Source of the DNA: Flavobacterium sp.
GTDB taxonomy: Bacteria > Bacteroidota > Bacteroidia > Flavobacteriales > Flavobacteriaceae
Length of the DNA stretch: 64,000 bases
Assembly (NCBI GenBank): GCA_044349645.1
Contig: JBIKQP010000001.1
Direction: 5' to 3' (one strand)
Within the stretch, counting starts at the first letter, position 1. Every line of letters starts with the position of its first letter. Under the pieces are notes generated by a model that did no database searches, was not told the DNA's origin, and saw only the letters and a program-made list of their open reading frames with translations. A program made the position numbers and the translations under genes. Of the stretch, positions 1 to 8,949 are shown piece after piece.

Positions 1-1
1 T

Positions 2-1066
2 TTAATCAATTCTGCAATTGCCTTTTATTTGCCTGGAGCTGGATTTTTAATTATTCCATTATTTTTCAGTTTGTTTATGTTGGCTTATTTTGTCACTACC
101 CAAAAAACAAATCCGATACTGAATTTAATTTTGAGTATTCCATCTTTAATAATTATTGTTCCTTTTATTTTAATGTTTCCAATAGGATTAGGGTTAAAAA
201 TATTGGCTGGAAGTGCAATGTTAACTGTTTTGGTTTTTGGTTTGTTGTTACCAATATTTGGATCGTTTCCTAGAAAAGGTTTTTGGGCATTGGTATTATT
301 TTTAATATCAATTGGGTTTTTCATAAAGGCTAGTTTCAATTCTGGTTATGATGAAGGAACTGCAAAACCAAACAGCTTGCTTTATGTTTATAATGCCGAT
401 ACTAAAAAAGCGGTTTGGACTACCTATGATTTAAATTTAGACTCTTGGACGAAAATGTACTTGGGCGAAAATCCAAAAGAGGCAACCGAATTAAACAAGA
501 ATCCCTTGTTTAGCAAATATAATTCGGGATTTACTTATTTAGCTGAAGCTGATGTAAAAGAGATAAGCGAGCCTTCAATTATGTTTTTACGGGATAGTAT
601 TGCGGGCTCTCAACATTATTATAAGATAAGAATTACTCCAAATCGACCAGTAAATCGATACGATGTTTTTGCCAATGAAAAATTGACTTTTTATAATTTA
701 AAGGCAAATGGGGCTTCGGCTTTAGACCAAAAAGGGAGCATTTATAAACGAAGAGGGAAGAAATTAGTTAGCTATTATGTTGTGGATAATGAGCCTTTGG
801 AATTACAATTTTCTATTCCTGTTAATTCGGTTATTGAAATGGATTTAATGGAAAGTTCCTTTGATTTAATTAGCAATCCAAAATTCAAAATTGCAAAAAG
901 ATTGCCTTGGATGATGCCAAAGCCATTTGTATTGAATGATGCTGTTGTGATTCAAAAGAAGATTGTTCCATCCAATGCGGTTCGAAAATCAGATTATTTC
1001 AAATCTAGGAATTTGACTTCAAAAGATAGTTTGACAGTTAGTATTGATACTTTAAAAACCAGATAA
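2..1066 (+). CDS. C-terminal part of a membrane-anchored M28-family (M20/M25/M40 clan) peptidase, 5'-truncated by the window edge
   Basis: Frame is open from base 2. Several TM helices are followed by a soluble domain (KPNSLLY...W.T.D...W), as in the C-termini of flavobacterial M28 peptidases. The catalytic domain is outside the window. Confidence 0.6.
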   Translation, partial: LINSAIAFYLPGAGFLIIPLFFSLFMLAYFVTTQKTNPILNLILSIPSLIIIVPFILMFPIGLGLKILAGSAMLTVLVFGLLLPIFGSFPRKGFWALVLFLISIGFFIKASFNSGYDEGTAKPNSLLYVYNADTKKAVWTTYDLNLDSWTKMYLGENPKEATELNKNPLFSKYNSGFTYLAEADVKEISEPSIMFLRDSIAGSQHYYKIRITPNRPVNRYDVFANEKLTFYNLKANGASALDQKGSIYKRRGKKLVSYYVVDNEPLELQFSIPVNSVIEMDLMESSFDLISNPKFKIAKRLPWMMPKPFVLNDAVVIQKKIVPSNAVRKSDYFKSRNLTSKDSLTVSIDTLKTR

Positions 1067-1131
1067 ATTTAAGACAAGAATAAAAAAGGAACCGAACACA
1101 ATTTGTGATGAAATAATTGGGATGTTTTTTC

Positions 1132-1210
1132 TGCCACAGATTTATAGGATTAAATTGATTTTATATATCATACGAAAAATAATCTGTGCTTATCTGTGAA
1201 ATCTGTGGCA
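1132..1210. repeat. REP-like intergenic inverted repeat built of 9-10 nt units
   Basis: tgccacagattt (1132-1143) pairs with aaatctgtggca (1199-1210). The right arm holds three tandem atctgtg units. Confidence 0.7.
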
Positions 1211-1271
1211 AAAATATATTTATTCTGACGTTTCAAAAATATAGAAATCAAATAGGTTACAAATAATAATA

Positions 1272-2075
1272 ATGACAAAAATTAGTATTCTTGGTTGCGG
1301 TTGGTTGGGATTGCCTTTGGCGAAAGCCTTAATAGGAAATGGGTTTTCGGTAAAGGGGTCGACGACTTCTTCTGAAAAAATAGTGAGAATTGAACAGGCA
1401 GGAATAACTCCTTTTTTAATCGAAATAGAGGAAAGCGGTATTAATGGTGATGTAGATCAATTCTTGTCTGAGAGCCAGTTTTTAATAATTAATATTCCAC
1501 CTAAATTAAGAGGAAATTCCACTGAAAATTTTGTTTCTAAAATAGAATACATACTTCCATTTATTGAAAAAGCGGGAATAAAAAAAGTAATTTTCGTGAG
1601 TTCTACTTCTGTTTATTCTGATGAAGAAAAAGTTGTAACTGAAGAAACCATTCCAAATCCAGATACCGAAAGTGGCAAACAATTGCTAGAATGCGAGAAA
1701 CTTTTTCAAGAAAATTCTCATTTTGAAACTACCATTTTACGTTTTGGAGGGCTCATTGGCGAAGACCGTCATCCGGTTTATTTTTTAGCCGGGAGAAGTG
1801 ATATTGAAAACCCTGATGCACCAATAAATTTGATTCATCAAGAGGATTGCATTGGAATTATTTTAAAAATTATTGATAGTAATTGTTGGGCAGAAACGTT
1901 CAATGCTGTTGCCCCTTTTCATCCAAGTCGTGAAGAGTATTATTCAAAAAAAGCAAAAGATTATAATTTGGAACCTCCTATCTTTACGCATTCAAAACCA
2001 TCAATTGGTAAAACCATTTTATCTGATAAATTGGAGAATGCTTTGAAATACCAATTTAAAAAAGGAAGTTTATAA
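1272..2075 (+). CDS. NAD-dependent epimerase/SDR (YeeZ-like)
   Basis: GCGWLG Rossmann motif, SSTSVY, LRFGGLIG. Confidence 0.85.
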   Translation: MTKISILGCGWLGLPLAKALIGNGFSVKGSTTSSEKIVRIEQAGITPFLIEIEESGINGDVDQFLSESQFLIINIPPKLRGNSTENFVSKIEYILPFIEKAGIKKVIFVSSTSVYSDEEKVVTEETIPNPDTESGKQLLECEKLFQENSHFETTILRFGGLIGEDRHPVYFLAGRSDIENPDAPINLIHQEDCIGIILKIIDSNCWAETFNAVAPFHPSREEYYSKKAKDYNLEPPIFTHSKPSIGKTILSDKLENALKYQFKKGSL

Positions 2076-3002
2076 TTGATACAAAAATTAAAATCGAAAT
2101 TTCATTCGAAAATCACTTCAATAGGGTTGCCAATTTTGGCACTTTGTTGGGTTAGTTTTTTTTGGGGAACTACTTGGATTGCATCAAAAGAAGGTGTGAA
2201 GTACATGCCAGCGTTACAGCTTGCAGCTATTCGTCAATTTTTAGGTGCCACCTTATACTTGTCTTATTTTTTATTTAAGAAAACTCCTTGGCCGAAAGGC
2301 AAACAATGGAAAACCATTATCATTTTGAGTATTTTAAATTTTGTTTTAAGCAATGGTTTAAGCACTTGGGGAGTGAAATATATCAGCAGTGGTTTGGGAG
2401 CAATTATTGGCGCTTTGGTTCCGCTTTGGGTAGTAATTATTAGTTTGTTTAGAGGAGAAAAATTAGTAAAATTGGCTATTGTGGGATTGGTTGTAGGGTT
2501 TGCTGGAGTATGTGTAATTTTCTCTGAACATCTAAGTGATTTCTTGATTTTTGATTTCCGATTTGGCATAATAATATCGGTAATATCCACTTTAACTTGG
2601 GCTTTTGCCACATTATATACAAAGAAAAAAGCGGCAAGTTTTAACCCTTATTTTAGTTTGGGAATCCAAATGTTTATTTCAAGTATTTTCCTTTTTGCGT
2701 ATTTGGGTGCTACGGGATCGGCAGTAAGTTTATCAACTATACCAGTTATTTCGTGGGTTTCAATTGGTTATTTGGTGATTTTTGGATCGGTGCTCACCTT
2801 CATAGCTTATATTTATGCGTTACAACATTTGCCTGCAGAAATTAATAGTATTTACGCTTATATCAATCCAATAATTGCGGTTCTTTTAGGGGCTTATATT
2901 TTTGGCGAACCATTATCGTTAGCAATTGCAATTGGTGGAACAGTCACTTTATTCGGACTTTATTTAGTTAATAGATCCTTTCAAAATTCTAAAAAAGCAT
3001 AA
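2076..3002 (+). CDS. DMT/EamA family transporter
   Basis: About 10 TM segments, WGTTW and YAYINPIIAVLLG motifs. TTG start is uncertain. Confidence 0.9.
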   Translation: MIQKLKSKFHSKITSIGLPILALCWVSFFWGTTWIASKEGVKYMPALQLAAIRQFLGATLYLSYFLFKKTPWPKGKQWKTIIILSILNFVLSNGLSTWGVKYISSGLGAIIGALVPLWVVIISLFRGEKLVKLAIVGLVVGFAGVCVIFSEHLSDFLIFDFRFGIIISVISTLTWAFATLYTKKKAASFNPYFSLGIQMFISSIFLFAYLGATGSAVSLSTIPVISWVSIGYLVIFGSVLTFIAYIYALQHLPAEINSIYAYINPIIAVLLGAYIFGEPLSLAIAIGGTVTLFGLYLVNRSFQNSKKA

Positions 3003-3037
3003 AAAAATCCCATTTTGAAATACAAAATGGGATTTTT
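3003..3037. terminator. Bidirectional intrinsic terminator
   Basis: aaaaatcccattttg-aaata-caaaatgggattttt between convergent genes. Confidence 0.85.
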
Positions 3038-3057
3038 AAATTTATATAAATTGGTTA

Positions 3058-5121
3058 TTACCAAATTTTTACTCTTTTTTCAGGAGCAACATACATTGAG
3101 TCACCTTCTTTAATGTTAAATGCAGAATAGAAAGCATCAACGTTTTGAATTGGCACATAAGCGCGGTACATTCCTGGAGAATGCGGATCTGTTTTTACTT
3201 GATTTTTCAACGCTTCGTCTCTCATTTTAGATCTCCAAATTGTAGACCAAGAGATAAAAAATCGCTGTTCAGGAGTATAACCATCAATTAAACCTGGATT
3301 TCCATTTTCTTTCAAATACAATTGTAATCCGTCGTAAGCAGCATTCACCCCACCTAAATCACCAATGTTTTCTCCTAATGTAAATTTACCATCTACGTGA
3401 GTTCCTGGCAATGGTTCTAATGCAGAATATTGATCAGCAAGTGCGTTACCTAAATTGGTAAACTTTGATAAATCTTCAGCTGTCCACCAGTCAATTAAAT
3501 TTCCATCTGCATTATAAGTTGCTCCTTGATCGTCAAAACCATGAGAAATTTCATGCCCGATTACTCCACCAATTCCACCGTAATTTACAGCTTCGTCTGC
3601 TTGGTAATTGTAAAATGGCGGTTGTAATATTGCCGCTGGGAATACAATTTCGTTGTAAGAAGGATTGTAGTAAGCGTTTACCGTTTGAGGAGACATTCCC
3701 CATTCTGATTTATCAACAGGCTTACCTAATTTATCTAATTCTTTCGCCCAACGCCAGTTAGAAATATTTCTTATGTTTTGAAAATAGCTTCCACCATCTT
3801 CAGGACTTTTAACAACTAAAGCAGAGTAATCTTCCCATTTATCAGGGTAACCTATTTTTATTGTTAATTTATTCAACTTTTCAACCGCTTTTGCTTTAGT
3901 TTCAGCCGACATCCAAGTCAAATTATTGATTCTAATTTCATAGGCTCTCATTACGTTTTTAATCATCTTCATCGCTTTTTCTTTAGCTTCAGCGGGGAAC
4001 ATTTTTTCAACGTATAATTTTCCTAAAGCTTCTCCAACCGTTCCATTAACAACTTGTAAAGCTTTTTCCTGACGTGGTCTTTGTTTTAAAGCTCCCGTTA
4101 AAGTTTTTCCGTAAAACTCCCAGTTTGCAGTTTCAATAGTTGTAGATAATTGACTTGAAGCTCCTCTTAACAACATCCAACGCATGTACGCTTTCCAATC
4201 GTCAACTTTATTCTCAGTGAATAAAGTTTGTAATGAACTCATGTATCTTGGTTGAGAAACGATAATAGTATCAATTTTAGCAATTCCGATTCCTTCGATA
4301 TAAGTGTTCCAATCAATTGAAGGAAGCATTTTTTGCAAATCGGCAATTGCAGTTGGATTGTATTGTTTTTTACTATCTCTACGCTCCACACGGTCCAATC
4401 TTGGTTTAGACATTTGGATTTCTAAAGCAAGAATTTTCTCAGCATTTGCTTTAGCTTGTTCTGGAGATTCATTTAAGAATTGTAACATTTTTGCAACGTG
4501 AAGAACATATTTCTCGCGTTTTTCTTTAGAATCTTTATCTTCAGATACGTAGTAATCACGGTCTGGCAATCCTAAACTACCTGGACCAACACTTACTACA
4601 TTTCGATTACTATTTTTTTCATCGGCTCCAATTCCGATTCCAAAAAACCCAACACCTCCGCCTTGAGCTTCTGTTTCCATCATCAATTTTTCTAAATCTT
4701 TGATGTTTTTCACCGCATTAATTTTCGCTAAATAAGGTGCTAGTGGAGTAATTCCTTGTTTGTTTCTTGCCACTGTATCCATGGCGGCTTTGTACATAAT
4801 AATCGCTTTACCTTGATCGGTATTTGATTTATATTTTGGATTTTTTGATGCCTCTTTCAAAATAGCTAAGGCATCTTTATCAGTGTTTTGACGTAATTCA
4901 TCAAAACTTCCCCAACGCGTTTTGTCAGCAGGAATTTCCGTGTTTTTTAACCAAGTTCCATTCACAAATTTGAAAAAATCTTCACTTGGCTTTACCGATT
5001 TATCCATAAAAGGAACGTTTATTCCAGGCGTTTTTTGCGGGGCTTCTTTTTGTGCATTTGCCGATAATCCAATTAGGGCTGGAATAACGTACAACAATGT
5101 CTTATTAAAATTAAGTTTCAT
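3058..5121 (-). CDS. M13 family (neprilysin/PepO-like) zinc metalloendopeptidase
   Basis: VNAYY, HEISH (HEXXH), GENIGD, DPHSP motifs and a signal peptide. Confidence 0.95.
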   Translation of the reverse strand: MKLNFNKTLLYVIPALIGLSANAQKEAPQKTPGINVPFMDKSVKPSEDFFKFVNGTWLKNTEIPADKTRWGSFDELRQNTDKDALAILKEASKNPKYKSNTDQGKAIIMYKAAMDTVARNKQGITPLAPYLAKINAVKNIKDLEKLMMETEAQGGGVGFFGIGIGADEKNSNRNVVSVGPGSLGLPDRDYYVSEDKDSKEKREKYVLHVAKMLQFLNESPEQAKANAEKILALEIQMSKPRLDRVERRDSKKQYNPTAIADLQKMLPSIDWNTYIEGIGIAKIDTIIVSQPRYMSSLQTLFTENKVDDWKAYMRWMLLRGASSQLSTTIETANWEFYGKTLTGALKQRPRQEKALQVVNGTVGEALGKLYVEKMFPAEAKEKAMKMIKNVMRAYEIRINNLTWMSAETKAKAVEKLNKLTIKIGYPDKWEDYSALVVKSPEDGGSYFQNIRNISNWRWAKELDKLGKPVDKSEWGMSPQTVNAYYNPSYNEIVFPAAILQPPFYNYQADEAVNYGGIGGVIGHEISHGFDDQGATYNADGNLIDWWTAEDLSKFTNLGNALADQYSALEPLPGTHVDGKFTLGENIGDLGGVNAAYDGLQLYLKENGNPGLIDGYTPEQRFFISWSTIWRSKMRDEALKNQVKTDPHSPGMYRAYVPIQNVDAFYSAFNIKEGDSMYVAPEKRVKIW

Positions 5122-5192
5122 AATTAGTTACTATTTAGTTAGACTTCAAAAATATTGATTATTTTTTAAATAATTATTAAAAGAGTATAAAT

Positions 5193-5229
5193 AAAAAAAC
5201 CCAACTTCATTTATCAGATTGGGATTTTT
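5193..5229 (-). terminator. Probable intrinsic terminator
   Basis: Imperfect cccaa...ttggg stem with flanking A/T runs, just downstream of the 5248..7785 gene. Confidence 0.5.
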
Positions 5230-5247
5230 ATTTTGGAATAGTAATAG

Positions 5248-7785
5248 TTAGTTTTTTATAATCCTTTTCGTTATGCTTTTATTCTCTGAAATAATTTTCG
5301 CAAAATAAACACCAGCGGAAACATCAGAAATATCAAATAAAAAGCTGCTTTGATTATTTTCAAATTCGGATTTAGAATAGATTATTTTACCAATTAAATC
5401 ATATACTATAATTGTTTTTGGGGTAATTGTTCCCATTGAAATATTAAAAATTCCTTTATTTGGGTTTGGATAAATAGCAATATTTTCCATTTCAAAAGTC
5501 TCGTTTGCAAGACTACTTTGAGTAGGAATATTACATTGCCATGCGCCTCTTCCATAGGTACCAGCAATTATTTTATTATCTACTAAATTAATTTCTAAAT
5601 CGGTTACTGAAACATTTGGTAAATTATCATCAAAATTTGCCCATGTTGCCATAGAATCATCTTTGTAAAATACTCCAAGTGTAGTACCCACATATAGTGG
5701 ATTTAAAGAATTTTGTCCTTGATGAACAATTATGTTTTTCCCAATTGCAGGTAATCCAGGCGCAATTGCTGAAAATGAATTTCCTCCATCAGTAGATACA
5801 AATGCATCCCCCGATGTTCCTGAAGTGGTGATATAAATAATTTCACCATTTGATGAATGTACAGTTATTGAGGTGATTCTAGATAATGCAGTGTATAAAA
5901 GTGAAAAAGAAATTCCTCTGTCGGTACTTTTGTATATTTGATTTGATTTTGAAATATACATAATGTCATTGTTACTAGGATCAACTGAAATTAGATTTAT
6001 ATTAACGGTTGAATCACCTATAGTTGATGGATTTCTTAATATCCAAACATTATTTGTTAATCTATATAAATCATTATAACCTGCAAAAACTTCACCAACA
6101 CTATTCACTCTCAACGGAGTTACCCATTCCCCTTGTATAGAGGTTCCATTAACTGTTGGTGCAGGAGTATACCTACGAACAGGGTTGGTTAAGGAAGTAA
6201 TTCCATAAAAAGAGATTCCATTTTGAACAAAACCATAGGCTTTATTATTATTTGAAGGGTCGATAGCATTGTCCATACCGTCACCACCATGATAACTTTG
6301 CCAAAGATTATTATTTAGGAAAAATCCACCATTGTCTTGAAGACCTCCAGTAATTTTTGAAGAAGTTTGTTTTGAAACAGATATTTTATAAAATTGACCA
6401 ATTTGTGCTTGTCCTGTAATATCATTAAATACTAATCCGCCATCTTCCGAAACATATATCCCACCATCACTTCCGCAATACAATTTATTATTTATGAATT
6501 TTAGAAAATGAATATCAGCATGAGTAAAACTTGATGAGTAAGTACTCCAGCTATTTAATTTAGTAGCCGTTGCTCCTCCGTCAGTAGAACCCCAAACATT
6601 AAGACATCCCGAGTAAAGTTCATTTGCATTTGTTTGAGACACACAAAAAGCTAAATCATACCAGGCTTGCGTGCTTTCAAAAATATCTGCTGTTAATCCA
6701 GCATTGACAAAGGTTATACCCGCATCTGTTGACTTATAAATTCCTTGAAAAGCATAATTTGGACTTGTTCCAGCAGAAAGGCAATAAACAATATTTGGAT
6801 CTGCTGCAGTAACATCAAATATCAATCTGCCCGAATTTGCTGGCAATCCTGCGACTCCAGTATTTAAAAAAGTAGCTCCTGAATCAATAGATTTATAAAA
6901 TTTATTACGAGAACTAACATAAACTACTGTTGGGTCATTTGGTTTTATTCTTAAAGTCCCTTGAGTAAAGTTTCCTGACAATTGGTTTGTCCAACTTGTA
7001 CCGCCATTAAGTGTTCTATATAATCCTGTGCTGGTTGCACACCATAACATTTGACTGTTTGTTGGGTTTATTAATATATCGCCAGCGCCTTTAAACGAAT
7101 TATTAAATGTTAATCCAGTAGTTGACCAAGTTATACCCCCATTAACAGACTTTAATACTCCAACAGAGTAAGAATCGGAAGCGTCTTTATCTCCAGTTGA
7201 TATATAAATTATATTTGAATTATTAGGATCAATGGCGATTCCTGAAACACCAATTTGTGGTAAATAATCAGATAAGGGTGTCCAGGATTCTCCGGCATTG
7301 GTTGACTTCCAAATTCCTCCGGATGGAGCTCCAAAGTAGATTGTATTTGGGTTTAATGGGTCTACGCATACCACATTTATTCTTCCTCTTGCTTGAGTAG
7401 ATTGTGGAGATGCATTTTGTATTGGCCCGATAGGCGTCCAATTACAAGGAGGAAGCGATCTGAGTAAGCTGTTATTATTTAATTTTGCTTGGTTTTTTTG
7501 CTCCCATGCTGTCCAAAGTTCTTGCGCCGAAATTACATACCCTTGGTCATTGGTTGCATTTTTCCAATGTTCTACCCAGCGCATAAAAGGTTTGTACCCA
7601 CTTCCTTTTCGGTTTTTATCATGAAAAGACCAATAAGTGTTAAATGAATTTACTAATTCTGCCAGCGTTTTTTCGTTATTATTACGATTTTCAGTTAATT
7701 CATCCATCCAAGGAGCGGAAGGATTAAATTGTGAAAATCCTAAAAAAGTGCATAAAATGGCTGATATAAGTAGTATTTTTTTCAT
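5248..7785 (-). CDS. BNR/Asp-box (sortilin/VPS10-like) beta-propeller protein with T9SS type A C-terminal sorting domain
   Basis: Many SxDxGxxW/F Asp boxes. C-terminal IAIYPNP...GVYF..I......KRIIKN. Signal peptide. Confidence 0.9.
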   Translation of the reverse strand: MKKILLISAILCTFLGFSQFNPSAPWMDELTENRNNNEKTLAELVNSFNTYWSFHDKNRKGSGYKPFMRWVEHWKNATNDQGYVISAQELWTAWEQKNQAKLNNNSLLRSLPPCNWTPIGPIQNASPQSTQARGRINVVCVDPLNPNTIYFGAPSGGIWKSTNAGESWTPLSDYLPQIGVSGIAIDPNNSNIIYISTGDKDASDSYSVGVLKSVNGGITWSTTGLTFNNSFKGAGDILINPTNSQMLWCATSTGLYRTLNGGTSWTNQLSGNFTQGTLRIKPNDPTVVYVSSRNKFYKSIDSGATFLNTGVAGLPANSGRLIFDVTAADPNIVYCLSAGTSPNYAFQGIYKSTDAGITFVNAGLTADIFESTQAWYDLAFCVSQTNANELYSGCLNVWGSTDGGATATKLNSWSTYSSSFTHADIHFLKFINNKLYCGSDGGIYVSEDGGLVFNDITGQAQIGQFYKISVSKQTSSKITGGLQDNGGFFLNNNLWQSYHGGDGMDNAIDPSNNNKAYGFVQNGISFYGITSLTNPVRRYTPAPTVNGTSIQGEWVTPLRVNSVGEVFAGYNDLYRLTNNVWILRNPSTIGDSTVNINLISVDPSNNDIMYISKSNQIYKSTDRGISFSLLYTALSRITSITVHSSNGEIIYITTSGTSGDAFVSTDGGNSFSAIAPGLPAIGKNIIVHQGQNSLNPLYVGTTLGVFYKDDSMATWANFDDNLPNVSVTDLEINLVDNKIIAGTYGRGAWQCNIPTQSSLANETFEMENIAIYPNPNKGIFNISMGTITPKTIIVYDLIGKIIYSKSEFENNQSSFLFDISDVSAGVYFAKIISENKSITKRIIKN

Positions 7786-7936
7786 ATTGCTTTTATTTTA
7801 CTCAAAATTAGTCAATTTTTTTCAAATAAATAATTAAACAAAGCAATTACCTATTAATATTGTTAAATTATAGTAAATGGATCTTAAAAATAAATTCTAG
7901 TGTGTTTAACTTTTGTAAATTTGTAAAAAAATTTCA

Positions 7937-8602
7937 ATGCTATCTTTTTTCAAAAAATACAAGTGGTTTTTGGTTATTGTAATCGTGCTTTCTGCAATCA
8001 TTTTAACCTTATTTTATTTGGCTTTAAAGCCAAAGAAAATGCTACCAATTTATAATCCTTCGATGGTAAATCCGGAATTGGTAGATTCTACAGTACAATA
8101 TATTAGTAAATACCATTCTATTGCAAATTTTTCATTTACCAATCAAAACGGGAAAATAATTACTCAAAAAGACTATGAGGGAAAAATTTATGTAGCCGAT
8201 TTTTTCTTCACTACTTGCGGTTCTATTTGTCCAAAAATGACAACTAATTTAGTTGAAGTTCAAAAAGCATTTATTAATAATCCTAAAGTGATGTTACTAT
8301 CGCACACTGTTTTTCCTGAAACAGATAGCGTTGCAGTTTTAAAAGAATATGCTAAAAAAAATGGAGTGATTGACAACAAATGGAATTTAGTTACTGGCGA
8401 TAAAAAGCAAATTTATGCTATGGCGAGAAAGTCCTATTTGGCAGTAAAACTGGGCAAACCCGAAGAATTATACGATATGGTTCACACCGAAAACTTTGTA
8501 TTGGTCGATTCAAAAAGAAGGGTAAGAGGTTTTTATGACGGAACGAAAAAAGAAGATATCGAAAGATTGATCGAAGACATCAATTTTTTATGTACTCAAT
8601 AA
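7937..8602 (+). CDS. SCO family protein
   Basis: FFFTTCGSICP (CxxxC), conserved His in VHTENF, N-terminal TM helix. Confidence 0.92.
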   Translation: MLSFFKKYKWFLVIVIVLSAIILTLFYLALKPKKMLPIYNPSMVNPELVDSTVQYISKYHSIANFSFTNQNGKIITQKDYEGKIYVADFFFTTCGSICPKMTTNLVEVQKAFINNPKVMLLSHTVFPETDSVAVLKEYAKKNGVIDNKWNLVTGDKKQIYAMARKSYLAVKLGKPEELYDMVHTENFVLVDSKRRVRGFYDGTKKEDIERLIEDINFLCTQ

Positions 8603-8638
8603 CAAGGGAATTTCTAAACCCTAAAAATGTCATAAAAC

Positions 8639-8703
8639 TGATAATTATCATTTGATTGAATAATTTTATATTTACTTTTGTAATCTAAATTCAATCTAAA
8701 TAA
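8639..8703 (+). promoter_or_regulatory. feoA promoter with candidate Fur-type operator(s)
   Basis: -7 box TACTTTTG at 8673-8680. Palindrome TGATAATTATCA at 8639-8650. Repeat aatctaaat at 8682-8690 and 8693-8701. Confidence 0.5.
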
Positions 8704-8706
8704 GGT

Positions 8707-8949
8707 TTGCGAACTACAATAAATTCTCTCAAAAAAGGCGAAACGGCAATTATCAAGGATTTTGATATTGACTCTATTCCATTGAAGCTACTGGAAATGG
8801 GGTGTTTGCCGGGAAATACGGTCCAGTTACTTCAGATTGCTCCTTTTGGAGATCCACTTTATTTAAATATTAATGGCTCACATCTTGCAATTCGAATAGA
8901 AACTGCAAATGAAATTGAGGTTGAAATTCTAAACGCCAACTCAAAATGA
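8707..8949 (+). CDS. feoA: Ferrous iron transport protein A
   Basis: LLEMGCLPG...APFGDP motif, TTG start, overlaps feoB. Confidence 0.92.
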   Translation: MRTTINSLKKGETAIIKDFDIDSIPLKLLEMGCLPGNTVQLLQIAPFGDPLYLNINGSHLAIRIETANEIEVEILNANSK

